NCBI GenBank assembly: GCA_963675595.2
Contig: CAXXLZ010000001.1
Location: 1,568,001 to 1,632,000 of the forward strand
Origin: Thermodesulfobacteriota bacterium
GTDB taxonomy: Bacteria > Desulfobacterota > Desulfarculia > JACQYL01
Direction: 5' to 3'
DNA: 64,000 bases
In this document: positions 38,835 through 48,827 of the stretch, piece after piece
Position numbering within the stretch: position 1 is the stretch's first letter
Layout of the letters: every line of letters begins with the position of its first letter
Notes under the pieces: model-generated
Seen by the model: only the letters and a program-made list of their open reading frames with translations
Told to the model about the DNA's origin: nothing
Database searches by the model: none
Program-made: the position numbers and the translations under genes

Positions 38835-41702
38835 TTAGGCGCCACAGCATTTCTTGTATTTCTTGCCGCTCCCGCAGGGGCAGGGATCGTTCCTGCCCAC
38901 CTTGCCTCCGGTCGTCTCAGTGTCTTCCTCCGATTTCGATGAGGTCAGGCCGGGAAACAGTTCCTGACGCGCGGCATCCAGAGCGCCACTCGCTTTCTCT
39001 TCCAACTCGGCCATCCGCTTCTCGATTTCGCGCATTTCTTCTTCCATTTGAATGGCCTCCAACAGACCGCGCACCTCTTTGAGAATGCCGAAGGCGTCTC
39101 CGTATCGCTCCTGCTTTTCGTACACGAAACTCAGGTTCTGCAGTACCCCGGCGATGCCCAAGGGGTGCTCCATTTTGCGCAGCAAGTCCAGGGCTCTTTC
39201 GTACACCTGGGCCGATTCGTCGTTGCGCCCGGTCTCATAATACATCGTTCCGAGGTTCGAAAGAATGTTGGCGGTACCCTCCACATCCTCTTTCTTTTCG
39301 AATTCCACGAGCGCCTCTTTGTACAGCTTTTCGGCCTCGCCGAATCTCTTCTGCTCATAGAACAGCAAAGCCACCTGGGAGGTTACGTTGGCCACCGCCA
39401 AGGTGTTTTCCGCCTTCTTATAAATTTCGAGGGCTTCGAACCAAGCGGCGAGGGCCTCGTCGATCCTTCCCCGCCCCCTTTGCGCCTGTCCCAGCAGTGA
39501 CAGGCAGAAAGCCTCCTGTTCGCGATTTCCCATTTGCCGGAAAGAAGTCTTTGCTCGCTGAATGCATCCAACAGCCTTCTCCCAGTCTTTCATCTCCATA
39601 TAGAGGTGGCCCAAGTCAAGCTCGGCTCCCGCTTCTCCTACGGGATATTCCAACTCGTGGTACAGACGGACCGCCTGCCTAAAACTGTTCTCAGCATCCT
39701 CAAACTTGCCTTGGACGCGCCGTAGGTGGCCGATCCGAGTGATCTGGCTGATTTCGTTGGTCTTGATGCCCAGTTCCTTGTAGAGCCCCGCAGCCTGTTC
39801 GAAGCACGCCACCGCTTCGTCGTACTTCCCTTCATCCCCCTTTACCATGCCGAGATTCGACAGCTGGGCCGCTTGTCCCTCGGCGTTCCCCAACTCCCGG
39901 AACGCATCCAACGCCTTCTGAAAGGAGCGGGCGGCGTTTTCCACTTTGCGTTGTGCGTAAAGAGCATGCCCCACGCTCGCATACCGCTGAGCCGCCTTTA
40001 GAGGCTCTCCCATTTCTTCCTCAAGAGCACCCGCTTTCTCATAGGCGTCGATTGCCCGCTCATACTCGCCCGCTGCGAACAGCACGTGCCCCAAATAGCC
40101 CCACTGGGAGGCTTGGCGTTGCTTGTCCCCTGATGCCTGATACGCCTCCAACGCCTTGCGATGATGCTCCTCGGACTTGGGAAAATCACCCTCGGCGTAA
40201 AACGTGTGCCCAAGGTTCACCCACTGCCGCACAACGCCGCTTTCGCCGGCCGCCTTGTCCACTTTGGATATCTCGCCATAAATCTCCAAAGCCTTCTTAT
40301 ACAGGCGCTCCGCCTCCCCAAGGTTCTTCAGCGAAAAATGAACATAGGCTAGTTGGGCGGTCAGGTCGGCCACAAGCTCATTTTTACCCAGTTGAGCCGC
40401 AAGTTCGATGGATTGGGACAACGCTTCTTTGGCCTTGTCCGTTTCCCTCATGGCAAACGCAGCCCTTCCTTTGAGCTCCAGGGTTTTCACAAGCTCCTCG
40501 GGACGCTCCAACTTCAGGAAAAGCCGAGCCGCCTCATCTAGCGCCGCCAATGCCTCGGCGCTTTTCATGCGTGATTCTCTGGTCTCCCCGATGGACATAA
40601 AGAGTTGGGCCCTCAAGGCCTCATCACTTTCAGGAAGCAGCGTCAGAGCCCGCTCCATCTCAAGCTCCGACACCTCGTTCCACCCCGAGGCCACTTTGTG
40701 CGTATAGCTGGAAAGCGCGTACTCAGCGATGAACTTGCCGTCTTCCACGCGATGAAGGTCCAAGGCTTGATGGATTAAGGCCGGATAGAGGCTGCCTTCG
40801 CCTGATATCCTCTTGTCCAGAATCTCGACCGCCTTACGCAAAAGAGCCTCTCGATCCTCCTGTTTGCCTTCGGCGGCAAGAGTCCTGGGAAAGGCCACTC
40901 GGACCCCCTCGTCGGGACCCGTCTGCAGTAACGCATCAAGTTCCGGGGCCCCCAATGCATTCCCCACTTCCTCTGAGCTCATGCCGAGAAGAACGCTCAA
41001 CAGAGTCTCGTCCGCCGGGTGCACCAGCGTCGCGAGGGCATTGAGAACACGGCTCGCCGAAGTTGCCCCGCCACTCACCGCGGCATAACTCTCCCGAACT
41101 TTTTCGAGCCCTTCCGTGGCTTCCAAAAGAATCCGGTTGGAGGGAGAGAAGTCGGTCTGCCTCGCCACCACGTCGCCTTCAATCTGACCGATCACCATCT
41201 TGACTTTGGTGGGCAAAAGCCTGAGCAGTTCCTGAAAAAAATCCACCAGTGCCCGGTCCTCAAAGTTCGTTCTGGGCGTGACGGACAGGATCAGCTTTTC
41301 GTCCTGCCCGAGAGCGCGGAACAAAAATCGTACCAGGTCAAGAAAACGAATCTCAAGGGGCCTGATGTCTTTCTCCATCAGCAGGATCAGCTGTTCCCGC
41401 AGTCTCGGCCCGGATTTCAGCAACTCCTTCCAATCACCCCGACCACGGTATGCATGGCCGTAGATCGTCTCGTACATCCACCGAAAGAGAAAATGCTTGG
41501 AATGCTCCCCTTCCCAGATCTCATAATGGAAAGGAAAACAGCCCTCCGTCCGGCTCAAACCCGACCACAATTGATCCAAAAATCCGTAAAGGCCTGGTTC
41601 ATCCTGGGCGACTATCAGATGAATTTTCTCCGTATCCGACTGGAAAAACTTAGACAACCCGGACAGCCCCAACTCCCAATCTCTTCTTACCACATGTTCC
41701 AT
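38835..41702 (-). CDS. Large tetratricopeptide-repeat protein with C-terminal SEC-C motif
   Basis: Many ~40-aa TPR units (A..LSNLG......G.YDEA...F..A), ending in [20 protein letters not shown]. Confidence 0.88.
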
Positions 41703-41838
41703 TATTCACCCCGCGCAAGGTGTTATCGCTCAGGACGTGTCTTCAATCGGAATCGCACTTGAAAACGCCTTACAAGGGCGCTTTGAACCAAGGCCCCGCA
41801 GGGCAACCCGCCCACTCACCGGAAAAAACAACGAATGC

Positions 41839-41868
41839 ACTATATGAATCACACACGGGAAAAGTCAA
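41839..41868 (-). promoter_or_regulatory. Putative sigma70 promoter for the TPR gene
   Basis: TTGACT-N18-TATAGT on the minus strand. Confidence 0.5.
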
Positions 41869-42052
41869 GAATCCATGAACGCGATTCGGTGCACCCGTAA
41901 AAAATTCCACAATCTCTCGGCGGAACCGGCAAAACAGTGAAACAGGCTCCTGAATTTGCCGGTCCGCAAACGTTGAATCGGGTTTTTCACATCGACGGAT
42001 TCCTACCCGAATCCTCTCTTGACGCCGGTGGAACCGAAACGCCATGGCATGG

Positions 42053-43288
42053 TCAACTCCGCGCCTCGGAATCAGCCTCCGACAGCTCCTGGGATCGAAC
42101 CGTGGGAACCGCTATCGCCACGCCTGCCAAGGTGATTCCCGAGGCCACCAGCAGGACCGGATTCCAGCCGCCGAACTCGGACAGCATCCACCCCGTAAGC
42201 ATCGACGCCACCACTCCGGCGATGTTTCCGGAGGTATTCATAATGGAAGAGAGAATGCCCGCCTGCTTCGGCGCCATGTCCAGGGTCAGAGTCCAATACG
42301 CCGGAGTCGCAAGAGCCTTGAAAGCGGAGGAGCAGGTAACGCAACCCACCGCCAGGTAAGGATTATTGATCCAGATCAGACCCAGCAGGGTCACACCGGA
42401 CAGCCCCATTCCCAAGTAGAGCAGTACGGTACGGCTGAATCCCCTGGATACGCCCCGCCTTACAAGGGCGTCGGAAATCCATCCCGACAAGTTCATACAT
42501 ATGCCTGAAGCCACCGCGGGCAGCGCCGCGCTGATACCGGTTCCTGTAATGGAAAAACCATGAACCTGAATCAGGTAGACCGGGAGCCAGACCAGGAAAA
42601 GATAACCCGCGTAATTGTGGCAGAAATAGGAAAGCGTCAATCCGAGACTGGAGGGGTGAAGCAGCAGCAACCTCCATGGGATCGGCTCTCTGGGTTCGTC
42701 GGGTGAATCGAGGTTTGCGATGGCCTCTCTCGGCCCTTTCCAAACCCAGAATCCGATCCACACGAAGCCGAACAGAGCGAATACGAGAAAGATGGCTTCC
42801 CAGCCCCAGACGCTGATGATCCAAGAACCTATTGGAAACCCCAGAACGGTTCCCAGAGTCAGCCCCGACAACGTGAAAGCCTGGATCTTGGCTCGGTGAT
42901 GCAGCGGCGCCCGACGGACGATCAGATTGCTCACGCAGGGGAAATTAACGCCCTGTCCTGTGCCCACCAGATATCGACACCCCACCATGGTCCAGAGTCC
43001 CGAGAAGTACGGCGTCAGCAACGTGAACAGAGAGAAGAACCCGACACCCATCGGCAGGACGCGTCTGGCCCCGAATCGGTCGGCGATCACCCCCCCGGGG
43101 ATCATGAAGAGGACGTACCCCGCGAAGAATGCCGAAAACACCAATCCCATCTGGGACTCGTTCCACCCGTAGGCCGCCATGATGAACGGAGCCGCGATGG
43201 AGATGTTCACCCGGTCCAGGAAGCAGAGAACGTTTGCGAAGAAACAGAGAATAAAGGTCGCCATCATTCCCTGCGAGACGCTGCTCAA
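42053..43288 (-). CDS. MFS transporter, anion:cation symporter (ACS) family
   Basis: Contains LDRVNISIA, SAFFAGY and GGVIADRFGARR, with about 12 hydrophobic helices. TTG start with GAGGAG. Confidence 0.88.
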   Translation of the reverse strand: MSSVSQGMMATFILCFFANVLCFLDRVNISIAAPFIMAAYGWNESQMGLVFSAFFAGYVLFMIPGGVIADRFGARRVLPMGVGFFSLFTLLTPYFSGLWTMVGCRYLVGTGQGVNFPCVSNLIVRRAPLHHRAKIQAFTLSGLTLGTVLGFPIGSWIISVWGWEAIFLVFALFGFVWIGFWVWKGPREAIANLDSPDEPREPIPWRLLLLHPSSLGLTLSYFCHNYAGYLFLVWLPVYLIQVHGFSITGTGISAALPAVASGICMNLSGWISDALVRRGVSRGFSRTVLLYLGMGLSGVTLLGLIWINNPYLAVGCVTCSSAFKALATPAYWTLTLDMAPKQAGILSSIMNTSGNIAGVVASMLTGWMLSEFGGWNPVLLVASGITLAGVAIAVPTVRSQELSEADSEARS

Positions 43289-43457
43289 GGTTTCTCCTCA
43301 ATTTGCGACGACGCCCGGGGGCTCGTTCGGATAACGCGGTTTTCGGAGGCCGCTCTCGTCCCGGCGGTCCATCCCGCGCAGCGCTTCACGTCACGAGCGT
43401 CGGTTGGGGTCCCCACGGTTTCACACCAATGGAGCCTCTAATGATTCCCGTCGTTGT

Positions 43458-43748
43458 TCAAATAATCTTCCGACGGCGAAGCTCCAACATCTGGTTGTAA
43501 TCCACCCGGGCCCGAACTCGGTACGTGCCTCCCGTTCCTCTTTTGGAGGGATCCCCCACCATTCCCAGATGCATGGTCCCCATGGTCACCTCCACCGTCG
43601 CCCCCGCTTCGACCAAAGCCGGTATCAGGTACTCCCAAGGAACTCTTCCGGAATCGATGTGTTTCTTCAGTTCACTTACTTCCATTTTCAACAGTTTCGC
43701 CATTTCTTCATCGGAATAAATCTGAAAGAACTCATAGAATTCGAACAT
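43458..43748 (-). CDS. Small hypothetical protein with excisionase/MerR-like HTH
   Basis: IYSDEEMAKLLKMEVSELKKHIDSGRVP resembles the HTH_17 pattern. AAGGA precedes ATG 43748. Confidence 0.55.
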   Translation of the reverse strand: MFEFYEFFQIYSDEEMAKLLKMEVSELKKHIDSGRVPWEYLIPALVEAGATVEVTMGTMHLGMVGDPSKRGTGGTYRVRARVDYNQMLELRRRKII

Positions 43749-43919
43749 ACGGGTATCCTTCATTGCTCACGGCGGTTCTTGGGTATTCTTGCGGCGACCG
43801 ACGGCGGCTCACCCTCTCCTTCAGCACGCTCCCCACGTCATTACGGGAAGCGGCCGCGGAAAGCAACCTCAACCAGGCAAGCGGCCTCACTTTGCGAACC
43901 CTTCCCCGTCTCACCTTTA

Positions 43920-44091
43920 TTGACAAGGTCGACGCTCGTTGCTAATTAACAGCATATCGGTTGCATACAAATCAATGCCCAACTTCCGAAAAACGAAACC
44001 GCGCCCGGAAAAGAGGTCCAATTCCGCCTCCGTTGACAACCGTGTCGGCCGCTGATAATAAACCGGATATCTGTCGCATACGAATCAATGC
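43920..44091 (+). promoter_or_regulatory. Tandemly duplicated promoter/operator unit (two copies of ~59 bp, period 113 bp)
   Basis: TTGACAA...TG.TAAT.AAC.G.ATATC.GTYGCATACRAATCAATGC occurs at 43920-43978 and 44033-44091. Confidence 0.65.
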
Positions 44092-44136
44092 GCAACCGTC
44101 GAAACACCGTGCCGCAATTCGAAAAGGGGTCCAATA

Positions 44137-44943
44137 ATGAACGCCGGCCGCTGTAAATATACCGCAGGAATCGACATCGGTTCTCTGACTGCGAAGTGCG
44201 TAATCGTCAAAGAGGGAAAAGAAATTGTCGGCCACATGGTAATTCCCACGGGGGCTTCGCACAGTGTGGCCGAACGGGTCTATGACTCGGCGTTGGAGAA
44301 GGCGGGCGTTTCCCGTGAAGACATCGGCTATCTCACTTCCACCGGCTACGGTCGAATGAACGTCCCTTTCAGCGACAAACAAATCACGGAAATCACCTGC
44401 CATGGTCGAGGAATCCACCATGAAATACCCGAGGCCCGCGTCATCGTGGACATCGGCGGACAAGACTCGAAAGTGATTCGAATCGACGACCGCGGCAGGC
44501 TCATGGACTTCGCCATGAACGACAAATGCGCGGCGGGATCGGGACGTTTTCTGGAGGTGATGGCCCATGCGCTGGAGGTGGGCCTGTCCGATATGGGCCC
44601 CATGTCTCTGGATGCACCCTATGTCGCCGAAACCTCTTCCACCTGTACCGTGTTCGCCGAAAGCGAAGTGATTTCCCTGATCTCCAAGGGTACTCCTCTC
44701 AAAGCCTTGCTGGCCGGCATTCATGCAGGTATTGTGGAGCGTGTGTACGCCTTGCTCAAATCCAAGATTCGAGGCGGCGGCGAAGACGAGGTCGTGGTAA
44801 TGAGCGGAGGCGTGGCCAAGAATATCGGCGTAGTCAAATTGCTGTCCGACAAACTTGGACGCCCGATTCGGGTTCCACCTGAACCTCAGATCGTCGGCGC
44901 TTTGGGCGCCGCCTTGCTGTCCTACGAATTATGCATGAAATAA
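44137..44943 (+). CDS. 2-hydroxyacyl-CoA dehydratase activase (HgdC/BcrAD-type ASKHA ATPase)
   Basis: Contains GIDIGS, STGYGR, EITCH, DIGGQDSK, NDKCAAGSG and STCTVFAESE. Confidence 0.92.
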   Translation: MNAGRCKYTAGIDIGSLTAKCVIVKEGKEIVGHMVIPTGASHSVAERVYDSALEKAGVSREDIGYLTSTGYGRMNVPFSDKQITEITCHGRGIHHEIPEARVIVDIGGQDSKVIRIDDRGRLMDFAMNDKCAAGSGRFLEVMAHALEVGLSDMGPMSLDAPYVAETSSTCTVFAESEVISLISKGTPLKALLAGIHAGIVERVYALLKSKIRGGGEDEVVVMSGGVAKNIGVVKLLSDKLGRPIRVPPEPQIVGALGAALLSYELCMK

Positions 44944-45106
44944 GCGTTCGAAAGACATTCTCTCCCGAAATCCGCCTTTCAAACGGATCACGATTTTTCG
45001 GAACGGACACCGGCCCCGACGGCATCCGATTCCTTGATCCCCCAAACATCCATGCGCGTACGCCGCGTGCAACGGGCGAGAAACCGGCGTTAAAAAGGAG
45101 CCGACC

Positions 45107-46297
45107 ATGAGCGTTTCTTTGACCAAGTGGACAGGACCCGAAAGCGTGAACCAAGCCATCGACTCCGTGGACGGGTGGCGGAATTTCAAGCCCGGAATGA
45201 AGGTGCTGATCAAACCCAACGCGGTTATGGGAGGATCGCCCAAAATATCCTGCCGAGGCATTACCAGTTCTCCCGTTATCGTGGGAGAGTTGATTCGACT
45301 GGTAAGAGAGAAAGGCGCCTCGGAAGTCGTGATCGCCGAGGGGTCCGTCGAGTTGCCGTCCCTCAAATTGGATACGCAGGCCGCGTTCGTCTGGAGCGGT
45401 CTACAAACCCTGGCGCAAGAGGCGGACGTGCCGTTGGTCGACATGAATAAGGGGCCTTTCCGTCCCTTCACCCTCAAGGACGGAACCGAGATTGAAATCG
45501 CCGAGGCGGTGTTCGACGCGGATTTCGTCATCAACGTACCCGTCCTGAAGACGCACAATCAGACCGTAACCACCGTTTGTCTGAAAAACCTCAAAGGCTG
45601 TCTGGCCATGGAATCCAAGAAGAAGTGTCATACGGAATCCAATTTGAGCCACGCCATCGCCGAGTTCAACACGTTGATTCCCTGCAACCTCAACGTGGTC
45701 GACGCGCTCACGGCCACGGAAATCGGCCCCACCCCCACGGGAAAGGAGGACCAGGTTCGGGAAATGGGACTCCTGCTTGTAGGCGAGAACCGGTTGGAAT
45801 GCGACATCGTGGGAAGTCGTCTTTTGGGATACCGGCCGGAAGCGGTGCGACACATCATGGACTACGCGGAACTGACGGGAGGAAACACGGCGTATGAGGG
45901 CGTGTCCGTTCTCGGTGAAGACCCGGATCAATACTGCATTCAGCTCGAGTACGCCTCCAATTGGCTTGACGACCTCATGGAGCGTTTCGCCGTCAGCGGC
46001 ATGAGCATGCCGAAATACGGAGACGGTCTGTGCTCCGCTTGCGGATTCAATATGTGGGCCGCAGTCATGGCATTTTGCCGAGCCAACAAAGGTACCGCCC
46101 TGCCCCCGACGGAACTCTGTCTCGGCACGGAGGTAGTGGCCACGGGGAACGCAACGCACACCGTTTTGGTCGGCAAGTGTTCAATCAAGAAGAACAAAGG
46201 CTTTGAAGGAGCCGTGAAAGTGCCCGGCTGCCCCCCGGACCCCGCCAAATTCGTTGAAATCATGGGGAAGGCTTTGATCGAGGACGCCAAGCCATAA
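45107..46297 (+). CDS. DUF362 domain protein with C-terminal FeS-binding motif
   Basis: Contains VLIKPN, INVPVLKTH and LKNLKG, plus CSAC...GKC...GCPP. Confidence 0.8.
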   Translation: MSVSLTKWTGPESVNQAIDSVDGWRNFKPGMKVLIKPNAVMGGSPKISCRGITSSPVIVGELIRLVREKGASEVVIAEGSVELPSLKLDTQAAFVWSGLQTLAQEADVPLVDMNKGPFRPFTLKDGTEIEIAEAVFDADFVINVPVLKTHNQTVTTVCLKNLKGCLAMESKKKCHTESNLSHAIAEFNTLIPCNLNVVDALTATEIGPTPTGKEDQVREMGLLLVGENRLECDIVGSRLLGYRPEAVRHIMDYAELTGGNTAYEGVSVLGEDPDQYCIQLEYASNWLDDLMERFAVSGMSMPKYGDGLCSACGFNMWAAVMAFCRANKGTALPPTELCLGTEVVATGNATHTVLVGKCSIKKNKGFEGAVKVPGCPPDPAKFVEIMGKALIEDAKP

Positions 46298-46506
46298 CCC
46301 GATGACCCGTCGCGGTGAAAGCCTCTTCGGGTTTTCACCGCAACCTGCGTCACGGGCTGTCGAACCCCGGATTCCGTCGATCGAAGAAGATCCGACGCAT
46401 CATCCACACTCGGCAGGTGGGGTGCGAGGGAAACCTTCTCAAAGGTCTTCCCTCGTGTGGTTGCAGCCGAACGTCTTGCCTCACCCCATCAGAGTTCCAC
46501 CCTCCT

Positions 46507-47814
46507 TCACGCGCAACCCTGCAGATCCGGCTTCTTGAAGTATTCCCTGACGATCTTGATGGCGCAGTAAGGGCCGCACATGGTGCAGGCTTCCTCTTCG
46601 GCCTTGGGAGCGCTTTCGCTTCGGTATCGCTCGGCCTTGCGGGAATCCAGGGAAAGGGCGATCTGCTTTTCCCAATCGAGGTTCTTTCGCGCGGTCGCCA
46701 TGGCCATATCCAGTTCCCAGGCCTTCCCGTTTCCCCTGGCCAGGTCCGCCGCGTGAGCCGCGATCTTCGACGCGATGACGCCTTCCCGCACATCGTCGAC
46801 CCCGGGCAACGCCAGATGTTCGGCGGGCGTCACGTAGCACAGGAAGTCGGCTCCCGCCGCGCCTGCAATGGCGCCGCCAATGGCACAAGCAATATGATCA
46901 TATCCGGAAGCGATGTCCGTAACCAGCGGTCCCAAGACATAAAACGGCGCTTCATGACAGAGGCGTTTTTGGAGCTGGATGTTGGTTTGAATCTGATCCA
47001 ACGGCACGTGCCCGGGACCTTCGATCATAACTTGCACGTTTCGTTCCCAAGCCCTCAACGTGAGCTCACCCAAAGTGATCAATTCCTCGACCTGTGCATG
47101 ATCCGTGGCGTCGGCCAGACAACCGGGGCGCAACCCGTCCCCCAGGCTCAGAGTCATGTCGTGTTTGTAGGCGATGTCGAGAAGCCGGTCGTACTGCTCG
47201 TACAGAGGATTCTCCCGGTTCTTGCTCAGCATCCAGGTGGCCAGGAACGCGCCTCCGCGGCTCACGATGTCCATGATTCTTCCCTGGTTGCGCAGCCGTT
47301 CCAGGGCTCTGAGGGTCACGCCGCAATGAACCGTGACGAAATCCACCCCTTCTTCCGCTTGTTGTTCGATGATGTCGAAGAGAAGTTCGGGGTCCAGGTC
47401 CACGATGCCCCGGTCTTGACGCGTGGTTTCAATGGCCGCCTGGTAGATGGGCACGGTGCCCAGAGGAATGGGCGTAGCATCCAGAATGTCTTTGCGGATG
47501 GCCGCAATGTCTCCACCGGTGCTCAGGTCCATGACCGTGTCCGCACCCGCTTCCACGCTCGCGGTGAGCTTCGCCAGTTCCCGATCCAAATCCGCCTGGT
47601 CCGCCGAGGTCCCGATGTTGGCGTTGACTTTGATCAGGAGCCCCTTGCCGACACCTTTGACGTCCGTCTTGATCTTGTTTCGATTCGCCGGAATGGCGAT
47701 CTTTCCTTGTGCCACAAGACCGAGAAGTTCTTGCGGGTCCACTCCCTCCGAACTTGCGACGCGTTTCATTTCGTCGCTCATGATACCTTTGCGTGCCATT
47801 TCAATCTGCGTCAT
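46507..47814 (-). CDS. thiC: Phosphomethylpyrimidine synthase ThiC
   Basis: Contains KVNANIGTS, DTVMDLSTG, GTVPIY, SRGG, EGPGH, TPAEH and CTMCG..C. TPP riboswitch upstream. Confidence 0.93.
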   Translation of the reverse strand: MTQIEMARKGIMSDEMKRVASSEGVDPQELLGLVAQGKIAIPANRNKIKTDVKGVGKGLLIKVNANIGTSADQADLDRELAKLTASVEAGADTVMDLSTGGDIAAIRKDILDATPIPLGTVPIYQAAIETTRQDRGIVDLDPELLFDIIEQQAEEGVDFVTVHCGVTLRALERLRNQGRIMDIVSRGGAFLATWMLSKNRENPLYEQYDRLLDIAYKHDMTLSLGDGLRPGCLADATDHAQVEELITLGELTLRAWERNVQVMIEGPGHVPLDQIQTNIQLQKRLCHEAPFYVLGPLVTDIASGYDHIACAIGGAIAGAAGADFLCYVTPAEHLALPGVDDVREGVIASKIAAHAADLARGNGKAWELDMAMATARKNLDWEKQIALSLDSRKAERYRSESAPKAEEEACTMCGPYCAIKIVREYFKKPDLQGCA

Positions 47815-48112
47815 AGTCACTTTCCTCCCACGTTATGATCTCAAGCTCCCTGGGCGCTGTTGCGGGTACACCGCCCGCTTTCCGTCACTCAAAGGTCGTC
47901 GCCGGTGAGCGAAACGACGCATTCGACCCTCCGGGACGGACAATCGACTCCGGTTGCCGATCCGGGGTGACGGAAAAACAAAGATGTACGGAATAGAAAG
48001 TGCGTGGGCCGGCTGCAGACAGCGAAAATCCCGAGGAGAGGCCGCCGTGCAGGGTGACCTCAAAAAGCATCACCTTTTCCCGCCTTTAAAAGGCGGCTTT
48101 GGTCGAGGCGGC

Positions 48113-48198
48113 TTTGCTTTCCCTACGCCGGTATTACCCGGATCAGGTTCAAGGATTGCCGACCGAATCGGCTCTCAGCCAGTGCACTCCTAAGCAAA
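48113..48198 (-). ncRNA. TPP riboswitch (THI box)
   Basis: The minus strand reads AGGAGTGC..GCTGAGA...CCTTGAACCTGATCCGGGTAATACCGGCGTAGGGAA with P1 TTTGCTT/AAGCAAA, upstream of thiC. Confidence 0.93.
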
Positions 48199-48202
48199 AT
48201 TT

Positions 48203-48232
48203 AGGATAACCTTATCGTAACGTCGACGTCAA
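48203..48232 (-). promoter_or_regulatory. Putative sigma70 promoter of the riboswitch-thiC transcript
   Basis: TTGACG-N18-TATCCT immediately 5' of the riboswitch P1 stem. Confidence 0.6.
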
Positions 48233-48419
48233 GTAAATGCCAAAGTTGCTTCCACGAGCCGAATCCCGAAAAATACGCCTCTACGGCACGCGTGATTGCC
48301 GTCTATGGAAGCCCCGGGAAAAACAAACTTGACTTCGGCGACGCCTCGTTCAATATGGAATCGGTAACTATAGAATATCGGGAGCGCATACCATGGCATG
48401 GAAAGATAAAGTCCACGTA

Positions 48420-48818
48420 ATGAAACAGCATTCCGTCTCGCTGGAAAACCGGGTCGGCGCACTTGCCGAGTTATGCGCCGCCATCGAGCATGAATCCATC
48501 AATTTGTTGGCCATTTGCGCCATCGACACGGTGGAGGAAGCGGTCCTGCGTCTGGTGGCGGAACGGCCCGATGAAACGCGAACGGCCCTTGAAAAAATCG
48601 GCTTCCGGGTCATCGAAACGGACGTACTCGTCGTGGAACTCGGCAACATGCCCGGGACCACCGGCAGGGTGGCGGCCATGTTGAGCCAGAACGGCATCAA
48701 CATCGACTATCTTTACGCTTCCGCTCATCCGGATATGGAAAAAGCCGTGGCGGTTTTCCGGCTGGATGAAGTCGACAGGGCGTATTCCGTGCTCAAGAGC
48801 TACCTTGAAACCCATTAG
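48420..48818 (+). CDS. ACT domain protein (tandem ACT, BT0572-like)
   Basis: Contains SVSLENRVGAL...INLLAI and NMPG...GINIDYLY. An alternative start is 48393. Confidence 0.85.
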   Translation: MKQHSVSLENRVGALAELCAAIEHESINLLAICAIDTVEEAVLRLVAERPDETRTALEKIGFRVIETDVLVVELGNMPGTTGRVAAMLSQNGINIDYLYASAHPDMEKAVAVFRLDEVDRAYSVLKSYLETH

Positions 48819-48827
48819 GAACAGCCT

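Noticed and set aside
46507-47814. Alternative call as BzaA/B/F (ThiC paralogs)
   Set aside because: The upstream TPP riboswitch supports genuine ThiC.
48283-48300. Sigma54-like CGGCACG...TTGC
   Set aside because: The GG-to-GC spacing is 11 nt instead of the required 10.
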